A stretch of 64,000 nucleotides of DNA, from assembly GCA_039932315.1 (NCBI GenBank), contig JBDTQG010000001.1, forward strand, positions 10,232-74,231, written 5' to 3'. How positions within the stretch are numbered: position 1 is the stretch's first letter; every line of letters begins with the position of its first letter. The notes under the pieces were generated by a model, which made no database searches, was not told the DNA's origin, and was given only the letters and a program-made list of their open reading frames with translations. The stretch is from Thermoanaerobaculia bacterium (GTDB lineage: Bacteria > Acidobacteriota > Thermoanaerobaculia > Multivoradales > JAGPDF01). A program made the translations under genes and the position numbers. Of the stretch, positions 17,847 to 25,289 are shown piece after piece.

Positions 17847-19366
17847 GATTGCTGCAGCCTTTTCTGGTTCGTTTTCTTCTGCTCGCCGGCGCATCGGGCG
17901 GGGTCTTTCCCGCGGCCGTCGCCGGCGCGACGGCGCCTGGGCCGGTCGTCGCGCGCCCCGAACAGCTGACGTACGGCGCGTTCAACTTCGTCGTTCCGAA
18001 CGGCGACAGTTTCCGGCATGTTCTCCCGGGAGGCGTCGTCGTGTACGTCGTCGAGGACCACGCTCTGCCGCTGGTCAAGATCCAGGCGACCTTGCGCACC
18101 GGAGCCTTCCGCGAGGGCGACCGGGAGGCCGGGCTCGCTTCGTTGACTGCGGCGATGATGCGCCAGGGTGGAACCGAGCGCCTTTCGCCGGAGGAGTTCG
18201 ACCAGAAGGCGGACTTTCTTGCTGCCGGAATCGGCAGCTCGGCGGGTGCGACTTCCGCCATCGCGACGCTCGACGTCATCACTCCCGCGCTCGGCGAGGG
18301 GCTCGATCTCTATTTCGACATGCTGCGCCACCCGCGTTTCGACGAGGCACGCCTCGCGGTCGAGAAGAGCACTCTGCTCGAAGGGATGAAGCAGCGCAAC
18401 GACGACGCTGGCGACATCGCGGACCGCGAGTGGGATTTCCTCACCCGCGGCGAAATGCACTATGCGAGCCGCCGGATCACCGCCGCGCGACTGGCGGAGA
18501 TCTCGCGCGCGGATCTCGCCGCGTTTCATCGTCGCACCTGGGGCCCGGAGCATCTCGTCTTCGCGGTCTCCGGTGACGTCGATGCGACCGCGATCCTGGG
18601 TGAGCTTCAGCGTCGACTCGCCGGATGGAAATCCGCTGAGCCGGCGTCTCCGTGGCCGCCGCAGGGCCCGCAGTTCGTGCCGCAGCCCGGCCTTTTCCAG
18701 ATCGAGAAGGACATTCCGCAGGGGAAAGTCACGATCGGCGAGCCGGCCACACAATGGACCAACTACGCCGATCCCGAGCCCTACGCCCTGACCGTGATGA
18801 ACGACATCCTGGGCGGCGGCGGTTTCACGGCCCGGCTCATGAAGCGCGTGCGCTCCGACGAGGGACTCGCCTACGGGGCGTTTTCGCAGTTCGGCATCGG
18901 TACTTACTGGCCGGGACTGTTCGAGATCGGTTTCGCATCCAAGAACCCGACTGTGGCGCTGGCGACGAAGATCGCTCTCGAAGAGATCGACAAGATGCGC
19001 AGCGGACTCGTCTCGGAGGAGGAGCTCCGGGTGTCGAAGAGCTCCTTCATCGACACCTTCCCGCGCACCTTCGAATCGGCCGCGGCGACCGCGCGCACTT
19101 TCGCCTCCGACGAGGTCGTGGGCCGGCCCCACAGCTACTGGACCGACTACCGTTCGCGCATCGGTGCCGTCACGGCCGCGAACGTTCAGGCCGTGGCGAA
19201 GAAGTATCTGGACCCCGGGAAGCTCACCATGCTGGTCGTCGGGAAGTGGAGTGAGATCGAAGCGGGAGATGCCGGGGGCCGCGCGAAGATGAACGAGCTC
19301 TTCGGCGGCAAGGTGAAGCATCTGCCGCTGCGCGATCCGCTGACGCTGGCGCCGATCTCCCAGTAG
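17843..19366 (+). CDS. M16 family peptidase-like protein, probably the non-catalytic partner
   Basis: This is the last 507 codons of the 16823..19366 ORF. The GTG start overlaps the upstream stop (GTGA). It has a signal-like N-terminus and an M16 fold pattern, and I saw no HxxEH. Confidence 0.78.
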   Translation: MRLLQPFLVRFLLLAGASGGVFPAAVAGATAPGPVVARPEQLTYGAFNFVVPNGDSFRHVLPGGVVVYVVEDHALPLVKIQATLRTGAFREGDREAGLASLTAAMMRQGGTERLSPEEFDQKADFLAAGIGSSAGATSAIATLDVITPALGEGLDLYFDMLRHPRFDEARLAVEKSTLLEGMKQRNDDAGDIADREWDFLTRGEMHYASRRITAARLAEISRADLAAFHRRTWGPEHLVFAVSGDVDATAILGELQRRLAGWKSAEPASPWPPQGPQFVPQPGLFQIEKDIPQGKVTIGEPATQWTNYADPEPYALTVMNDILGGGGFTARLMKRVRSDEGLAYGAFSQFGIGTYWPGLFEIGFASKNPTVALATKIALEEIDKMRSGLVSEEELRVSKSSFIDTFPRTFESAAATARTFASDEVVGRPHSYWTDYRSRIGAVTAANVQAVAKKYLDPGKLTMLVVGKWSEIEAGDAGGRAKMNELFGGKVKHLPLRDPLTLAPISQ

Positions 19367-19378
19367 AGAAAAGTCTTC

Positions 19379-21448
19379 GTGCCGGAGATTCCGGATCTCA
19401 CGATCTACCTCGAGGCGCTGCGCGAACGCCTCGGGGAGCGGCGTCTGATCGAGATCCGGTTTCTCTCGCCGTTCGTTCTGCGGTCGGTCACGCCCGCCGC
19501 GTCCGATCTCGTCGGGCGCAAAGTCATCGGCTTTCGCCGGCTCGGCAAACGGATCGTGCTCGTGCTCGAAGGCGAGTCCTTCATCGTCATTCACCTCATG
19601 ATCGCTGGGCGCCTCGTCTTTCATGCGACAGCGCCCGGCGCTCGCCGAAAGGCGCCCGGACGGATCACCCTCGCGGCTTTCGAGTTCGATTGCGGAACGC
19701 TCTATCTCACCGAAGCCGGAAAGAAACGCCGGGCTTCGATTCACCTCGTTGCGGGCGAGGCCGCGCTCGCCCTGCATGACCCCGGAGGCATCGAGCCCCT
19801 GACTGCGGATCTGGCGAGCTTCCGGACCGCGCTCACGGCGGAGAACCGGACGCTGAAGCGCGCGCTGACGGATCCGCGCGTCGTCGCCGGTGTCGGCAAT
19901 GCCTACTCGGACGAGATCCTGCACGCCGCCCGGCTCTCGCCGTTCCTCCGCACCGCCGAGCTCACGGACGAGGGCTTCGCGCGACTGTTCCGCGCGACGC
20001 AGGAAAAACTGGCGGAGTGGACGGACCGGCTCCGGCAGGAGGCAGGAGGAGAGTTTCCCGGCAAGGTGACCGCTTTTCACGACGAGATGGCGGTCCACGG
20101 CCGCTACGGCAAGGCCTGTCCCGTCTGCGCGACGCCGGTGCAGCGCATCGTTTACGCCGAAAACGAGGCCAACTACTGTCCCGGCTGTCAGACCGCCGGA
20201 AAGCTGCTCGCCGATCGGCTCCTCTCCCGTCTTCTGCACGACGACTGGCCGAAAAGCGTCGCGGAGATGGAAGAGATGAAGGAGAAGCGGAGCGCGGGGA
20301 AGAACGCCCTCGCGCTCGTCGTCGGCGGGATCTGCGGTCTGTGCGGGCTTGCGGCCGGAGCTCCGGCGTCGCCGGTGCTGCCGGCGATACCGGCGATACC
20401 GGCGATGGCCGGGGTATCCCATTTCGCCGCCGCCGAGCTTCCCGGGGCCCCGTCGCTGAAGCTCGCCGGGGAGCCCGACCCGCCCCTCGGCCGGGATGTG
20501 CAACTGACGCTGCCGCTGCCGGCGCTGCAACCGGACCCGGATCGTCTGGCGCGGGCGCGAGCGCTTCTGGGCGAACGGTTGCGCGAGTCGAGACTCGGCG
20601 GCTATCTATTTCTCACCGACATCGAGGACCCGGTGCTGCTCCGCCGCGCTGCGCGGCTCGTCGAGTCGCTGGAGTCGACCTATGCCGCACGGTATGGGCG
20701 AATACCTTTAGGCCTCCCGCGGGAAGCGATCGTCCTCTTCGCGCGCGAAGGGGAGTACCGCGTTTTCCTGGCGATCGATCCCCGCCTCGTCGGCATCGCC
20801 AGCTCGACCGGTCTCGCCGGTCGCGGAGTCATCGCGACCTATCGCGGGGAGCGCTCCGACAACGAGCTGCTCGGCACTCTCGTGCACGAGATCACTCACC
20901 TCTTGAACCGGCGGGCGATCGGACCGTTGCTGCCGCCCTGGCTGGACGAAGGGATGGCCGACGACCTCGGTGCGGCGGCGATCGACGTCGACGGTCGACT
21001 GACGCCCGGAACCTGGTCGCGCGCGGTTTCGCTGAGCGCCCATCAGATTCACGTCGCGGGTGGCGAGGCGGCGATCCGCGAGCTCGCGCGCCGGCTGGCG
21101 GCGAAACCGGGAGAGCCCTCGCCCATCGATCTGGGCTCCATTCTCGACCTCGAGTGGGAGGCTTTCGTCTCGCCCGCGTCGGCCGAGGAAAACTACGCCG
21201 TCGCTTCGGGCTTTCTCCGGATGCTGCTTTCCGATCCCGCGCAGAGCGCCATTTTTCGGAACTGGCTGGCCGAAGTCTCGTTCGGCGCCTCGCCGCGCGT
21301 CGAGGAGCTGCGTGAACTTCTGGGACCGCAGTGGAGCGAGCTCGAAGCCGAGCTCGGAACCTGGGTCCGCGCCGAGGTCGACCGCCTGCCACCGCTCGTG
21401 CCGAAGGCGGTGCCTCCGGTCGCAGGTCGAGTCGCACCGCGCAAGTGA
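19379..21448 (+). CDS. Fpg/Nei-family DNA glycosylase continuing in frame into a hydrophobic segment and an HExxH (DUF1570-like) domain
   Basis: This is a 689-aa uninterrupted ORF. The N-terminus is (M)PEIPDL, with the motif NAYSDEILHAARL and the zinc finger CPVC...CPGC. It then runs through MEEMKEKRSAGKNALALVVGGICGLCGLAAG, and LVHEITHLL lies at 20885-20899. Confidence 0.7.
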   Translation: MPEIPDLTIYLEALRERLGERRLIEIRFLSPFVLRSVTPAASDLVGRKVIGFRRLGKRIVLVLEGESFIVIHLMIAGRLVFHATAPGARRKAPGRITLAAFEFDCGTLYLTEAGKKRRASIHLVAGEAALALHDPGGIEPLTADLASFRTALTAENRTLKRALTDPRVVAGVGNAYSDEILHAARLSPFLRTAELTDEGFARLFRATQEKLAEWTDRLRQEAGGEFPGKVTAFHDEMAVHGRYGKACPVCATPVQRIVYAENEANYCPGCQTAGKLLADRLLSRLLHDDWPKSVAEMEEMKEKRSAGKNALALVVGGICGLCGLAAGAPASPVLPAIPAIPAMAGVSHFAAAELPGAPSLKLAGEPDPPLGRDVQLTLPLPALQPDPDRLARARALLGERLRESRLGGYLFLTDIEDPVLLRRAARLVESLESTYAARYGRIPLGLPREAIVLFAREGEYRVFLAIDPRLVGIASSTGLAGRGVIATYRGERSDNELLGTLVHEITHLLNRRAIGPLLPPWLDEGMADDLGAAAIDVDGRLTPGTWSRAVSLSAHQIHVAGGEAAIRELARRLAAKPGEPSPIDLGSILDLEWEAFVSPASAEENYAVASGFLRMLLSDPAQSAIFRNWLAEVSFGASPRVEELRELLGPQWSELEAELGTWVRAEVDRLPPLVPKAVPPVAGRVAPRK

Positions 21449-21563
21449 CATTTTTCGTCCGCGGGCGCGGCGGTCCAGTCTCGCGACGAACAATCCCGCG
21501 GTCGCTCTCGCCGCGCGCTACGACCTGTCGTTCGAGAAGGCGCAGGTCGTCGTCCTTCCGCCT

Positions 21564-22004
21564 CTAGGGCGCGGTGGGAACGAGCGGCTCCTGCTCCCGC
21601 CACGAACGGGAGCCATCGGCGTAGATTTCGTGCTTCCAGATCGGCGCTTCGGTTTTGACCCGCTGTAGAGCCCGCCGCACCGCATCGAGGGCCGCATCCC
21701 GGCGCGGCGACGCGGCGACGATCGCGATGCTCGCGCCGCCGACGGTGATTCTCCCGAGCCGGTGTTCGAGCGCCATGCGCAGACCCGGTTCGCCACTTTC
21801 GAGGTCGGTGACGATCCGCGCCAGAACGTTCTCCGCCATCGAGCGATAGGCGCTGTAGTCGATGGCGAGGACTTCGCGTCCGTCGTTCCGGTTCCGCACG
21901 GTGCCGAGGAACAGCGCCTGCGCTCCGCAAGCGGGATCCGCGACGGCGGCGAGCAGCGCAGGAATGTCGAAATCGGTTTCGACCAACCGCGCGCGCATGT
22001 TCAT
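21564..22004 (-). CDS. moaE: Molybdopterin synthase catalytic subunit
   Basis: These 146 codons start at MNMRARLVETDFDI within the 21564..22184 ORF and contain GAQALFLGTVRN...APIWKHE. The start overlaps the moaD stop (ATGA). Confidence 0.85.
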   Translation of the reverse strand: MNMRARLVETDFDIPALLAAVADPACGAQALFLGTVRNRNDGREVLAIDYSAYRSMAENVLARIVTDLESGEPGLRMALEHRLGRITVGGASIAIVAASPRRDAALDAVRRALQRVKTEAPIWKHEIYADGSRSWREQEPLVPTAP

Positions 22005-22246
22005 CCGCCCGAAACCGGCGGCAGCAGCGCGACTTCGGCGCCGTCGCGGACGACCATCGAGGAATGCACCAGCGCGCCGTCGATCGCGATCGCGATCCGT
22101 GGCAGGAGCGGGGCGATCGCCGGATAGTCGAGCGCCAGTCGTTGGCGGAGCTCGGCGACCGAAAGGTCGCTCGCGAGCTCCCATTCTCTCTCGGCACTTC
22201 CGATGGCCGCGACGGCCGACGCGAAGGCGAGAAGGCGGACTTTCAC
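22001..22246 (-). CDS. moaD: Molybdopterin synthase sulfur-carrier subunit
   Basis: The 81-aa ORF ends ...LLPPVSGG, the diagnostic C-terminal Gly-Gly. It lies directly upstream of moaE. Confidence 0.8.
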   Translation of the reverse strand: MKVRLLAFASAVAAIGSAEREWELASDLSVAELRQRLALDYPAIAPLLPRIAIAIDGALVHSSMVVRDGAEVALLPPVSGG

Positions 22247-22340
22247 GCGCCGGATCGTAGCACCCTGAAAATGGCGAAAATGGCGGCAGCAGGCCCGCGC
22301 CCGGACCTTATAATCGCTCCCTCACGACGAGGAGATCGCG

Positions 22341-24005
22341 TTGCCGGCAATCGAGTCCAAGTTGAATATCGACGGCGCGTTTTCCAGCCGGCGCGAACAC
22401 TGGCTGGCGGAGCTCGAACGGCTGGCTGCCGACGAGGCGCAGCTGCGCCAGGGCGGCGGTGCAAAAGCCCAGGCGAAACAGCGCGAGCAGGGCAAGCTCA
22501 CGGCGCGCGAGCGCGTCGCCGCTCTCTGCGACCCGGGCGCCGGGTTTCTCGAGATCGGACTGTGGACCGCGTTCGGCATGTACGCGGAGTGGGGCGGTGC
22601 CCCGGGAGCCGGCGTCGTCGCCGGCGTCGGGGCGATTCACGGTCGCGACGTGATGGTGGTCGCCGACGACGCTACGGTGAAAGCGGGCGCGAAATTTCCT
22701 CTCGGCATCAAGAAAGTTCTGCGCGCGCAGGAAATCGCGCTCGAATGCCGTCTCCCCGTGGTCTACCTGGTCGATTCGGCGGGCGTCTTTCTGCCGATGC
22801 AGGACGAGATCTTTCCCGATCGGGAGCACTACGGCCGGATCTTCTACAACAATGCGCGGCTCTCTGCCGCGGGCGTCTTTCAGATGGCGGCGATCGTCGG
22901 CTCTTGCGTGGCGGGGGGTGCCTATCTGCCGATCATGAGCGACGAGACGCATATCGTCGAAGGTACGGGATCGATCTTTCTCGCCGGCTCGCACCTCGTC
23001 GCCGCGGCGATCGGCGAGCGCATCGAGAACGAGGCGCTGGGCGGCGCCGAAGTCCAGGCGGATATCTCGGGCGTCGTCGATCATCGGCATCCCGACGAGG
23101 CCACCTGCTTCGCCAAGCTGCGGTCGCAGTTCGCGCAGCTCGCGACGACCGCGAAAGCGCCGTTCGCGCGCCGTCCTGCGGCCGATCCTCTGCTCGCTGC
23201 GGAAGATGTCCTCGGGGTGCTTCCGGTCGAGCGCAACCGCCCTTACGACATCCGCGAGCTCCTGGCGCGGCTCCTCGACGGATCGGAGTTCGATGAGTTC
23301 AAGGAGACCTACGGTCGCACGCTCGTCTGCGGTACGGGCTGGATCGAAGGGCACGCAGTCGGCATCGTCGCGAATCAACGCTCGGTCGTCGACCGGCGAA
23401 CCGGTCTCGAACCGAAAGACAAGGAGCTGCAGATCGGCGGGGTGATCTACAGCGACTCGGCGGACAAAGGGGCGCGCTTCGTCGAGTTGTGCAATCAGAA
23501 ACGCATTCCGCTCATCTTTCTCCAGGACGTGACCGGCTTCATGGTCGGCTCGCGTTCCGAGCGGGGCGGAATCATCAAGGACGGCGCGAAGATGGTGAAC
23601 GCGGTCGCCAATTCGGTTGTTCCGAAGATCACCGTCTTCGTCGGCAACAGCTACGGCGCCGGGAACTATGCGATGTGTGGCAAGGCCTATGGTGCGCGAT
23701 TCCTCTTCGCCTGGCCCTCCGCGGCGATCGCGGTCATGGGCGGCGAGCAGGCGTCCAAGACGCTCCTCGGCATTCAGCTCAAGAACCGTGGCGCGGAGGT
23801 TTCGGAGGAGGAGAAGGCGGAGCGCCTCGCCGATATCCAGAAGCGCTACGCCGACGCCACGAATCCGCGCTACGCCGCCGCGCGTCTCTGGGTCGACGCG
23901 ATCATCGACCCGCGGAAGACCCGCGAGGTTCTCGCCCACGCCCTCGCAGCCTGCGCCAACAATCCCGAGATCGCCGAGTTCAAGACCGGCGTGCTGCAGA
24001 CCTGA
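22341..24005 (+). CDS. Acyl-CoA carboxylase carboxyltransferase (beta) subunit, methylcrotonoyl-/propionyl-CoA type
   Basis: The 554-aa ORF starts at TTG and shows a two-domain carboxyltransferase pattern (GKLTARERV, VVADDATVKAGA, FLQDVTGFMVG, GNSYGAGNYAM). Confidence 0.9.
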   Translation: MPAIESKLNIDGAFSSRREHWLAELERLAADEAQLRQGGGAKAQAKQREQGKLTARERVAALCDPGAGFLEIGLWTAFGMYAEWGGAPGAGVVAGVGAIHGRDVMVVADDATVKAGAKFPLGIKKVLRAQEIALECRLPVVYLVDSAGVFLPMQDEIFPDREHYGRIFYNNARLSAAGVFQMAAIVGSCVAGGAYLPIMSDETHIVEGTGSIFLAGSHLVAAAIGERIENEALGGAEVQADISGVVDHRHPDEATCFAKLRSQFAQLATTAKAPFARRPAADPLLAAEDVLGVLPVERNRPYDIRELLARLLDGSEFDEFKETYGRTLVCGTGWIEGHAVGIVANQRSVVDRRTGLEPKDKELQIGGVIYSDSADKGARFVELCNQKRIPLIFLQDVTGFMVGSRSERGGIIKDGAKMVNAVANSVVPKITVFVGNSYGAGNYAMCGKAYGARFLFAWPSAAIAVMGGEQASKTLLGIQLKNRGAEVSEEEKAERLADIQKRYADATNPRYAAARLWVDAIIDPRKTREVLAHALAACANNPEIAEFKTGVLQT

Positions 24006-24020
24006 GTGCTGCAGACCTGA
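23991..24020 (+). repeat. Perfect 15-bp tandem duplication that includes the stop codon
   Basis: The sequence gtgctgcagacctga occurs at 23991-24005 and again at 24006-24020. The first copy encodes the last four residues and the TGA of the carboxyltransferase. Confidence 0.95.
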
Positions 24021-24025
24021 GAGCC

Positions 24026-24064
24026 GCGGCAGGGAAGCGGTCCGAGAGTTCCGCCCCTGCCCGC
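24026..24064. terminator. Imperfect hairpin between convergent genes (possible bidirectional terminator)
   Basis: The arm gcggcaggg (24026-24034) pairs with ccctgcccgc (24055-24064, one bulge). An inner gcgg/ccgc pair is also present. There is no clear U-tract. Confidence 0.35.
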
Positions 24065-24065
24065 T

Positions 24066-25193
24066 TCAGCCGGCGCCGGCGCGCGAAACGAGAATCGTGT
24101 CTCCGTTCCTGCGCCAGGCGAGCCCGACGGAGTGGAGAATGTAGGTCAGGATCTCCTCCCAGGGGCGGTCTTCGAGCTTCACCCTCACGCTCGCCGCGGC
24201 GTCGAAGTCGCCGGCGATCTTCAGACCGCTCAGAGTCCCGATCGAGGCGATGACGTCGCCGAGGGCCGCATCCTTGAGCGAGAACGTCACCAGATCGCCG
24301 GGGCAGCAAGGGTGGTCGACGTTGCCTGGCTTCACCGCCGATTCAGCGATCAGGCGGCTGCCGTAAACGAGCTCGTCGGCGGAGAGTGTCGCCGCGAGTG
24401 CAGCACGCCGGCGTTCGCCGAGAATCCAGCCTTCCTTCGCGGCCAGGCCGTACCAGAGGTAGGCACAGACCGCGTTGCGCGCCGCGCCGCGGCCCAGCGC
24501 GTAACTTTCACCCAGTTTGCCCATCCCGCGCGGATAGCCGCGCTCGGCCGCCTTGCGGAACCATTGGTTCGCCTCCGGCTCGTTCCTGGCGACTCCGCGC
24601 CCGGCGACGAGCATTTCCCGGAGAGTGACCTGGCCCTCCGGCTGCCCCTGGTCGGCGGCGAGACGCAACCAGCGGACCGCCTCGAGGTCGTCACGTGGAA
24701 CGAGGAGGCCATTCAAATAGATCTCGCCGAGCTCGGCCTGCGACGAGGCGTAGCCTTGCGCCGCCGCCAGACGATGCAGGCGCAGCGCCGCGGCGGAATC
24801 CGCTTTCACTCCCTCGCCCTGTTCGTAAGCCACCGCGAGATAAAAACGTGCCTCAGCGTCGCCCTGATCGGCGGCTTTCGAATACCAGTGCGCCGCTTCG
24901 GCGGCGTCCGGCGCGACGCCGATGCCGAGCGAGTAGTTCGTTCCGAGGTCCTTCTGTGCTTCGAGGTGACCTTGCTCGGCGGCGCGCCGGAGCCAGCCCA
25001 TCGCGGCTGCGGCGTCGCGTGTTTTGGGATCGACGTCCTCGCCGTACATGAGCTCGAGCGCGAGGTCGTACTGCGCCTGCGCGTTGCCCTTCTTTGCCGC
25101 CGCTTCGAGCGCGACACGTTCAGCAGACGCCGCCCCCTGGACCTGGCTCGGCGCTGCAAGGAGCAGCAAAATCGCGACCATCGCTCGCATCAC
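24066..25193 (-). CDS. Secreted Sel1-repeat protein with a C-terminal STN / secretin-N0-like domain
   Basis: The 375-aa ORF has the signal peptide MMRAMVAILLLLAAPSQVQGA and repeated Sel1 units (AAEQGHLEAQKDLGTNY, AADQGDAEARFYLAVAY and others). The C-terminus is VTFSLKDAALGDVIASIGTLSGLKI...VKLEDRPWEEILTYILHSVGLAWRRNGDTILV. Confidence 0.72.
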   Translation of the reverse strand: MMRAMVAILLLLAAPSQVQGAASAERVALEAAAKKGNAQAQYDLALELMYGEDVDPKTRDAAAAMGWLRRAAEQGHLEAQKDLGTNYSLGIGVAPDAAEAAHWYSKAADQGDAEARFYLAVAYEQGEGVKADSAAALRLHRLAAAQGYASSQAELGEIYLNGLLVPRDDLEAVRWLRLAADQGQPEGQVTLREMLVAGRGVARNEPEANQWFRKAAERGYPRGMGKLGESYALGRGAARNAVCAYLWYGLAAKEGWILGERRRAALAATLSADELVYGSRLIAESAVKPGNVDHPCCPGDLVTFSLKDAALGDVIASIGTLSGLKIAGDFDAAASVRVKLEDRPWEEILTYILHSVGLAWRRNGDTILVSRAGAG

Positions 25194-25289
25194 GCAGCCC
25201 CCCGCGTCATTTGCCCGTCAGAGAGACAAACGACATCGACCTCGAAAGGATGCCAGGTCGGCGAGGCGTGGCAAGATCGGCCTGCCGCC

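Noticed and set aside
16125-20530. Long antisense ORFs 16125..17894 (589 aa) and 17840..20530 (896 aa). Similar ORFs lie at 22308..23939, 34564..36642, 37797..40388, 40322..42166, 43405..44991, 48215..49258, 58480..60126 and 28553..29704
   Set aside because: All lie opposite genes with clear family motifs, have R/G/P/A/D/E-dominated low-complexity translations and contain no recognisable domains. They are typical shadow ORFs of GC-rich DNA.
22247-22340. A possible Moco riboswitch upstream of moaD, or a sigma-70 promoter at TATAAT (22309-22314)
   Set aside because: The 94-nt gap is shorter than the Moco RNA motif and lacks its conserved elements as I remember them. The TATAAT has no convincing -35 (gcagca lies 17 nt upstream), so I list it only here as a weak -10 candidate for the carboxyltransferase or moaD.
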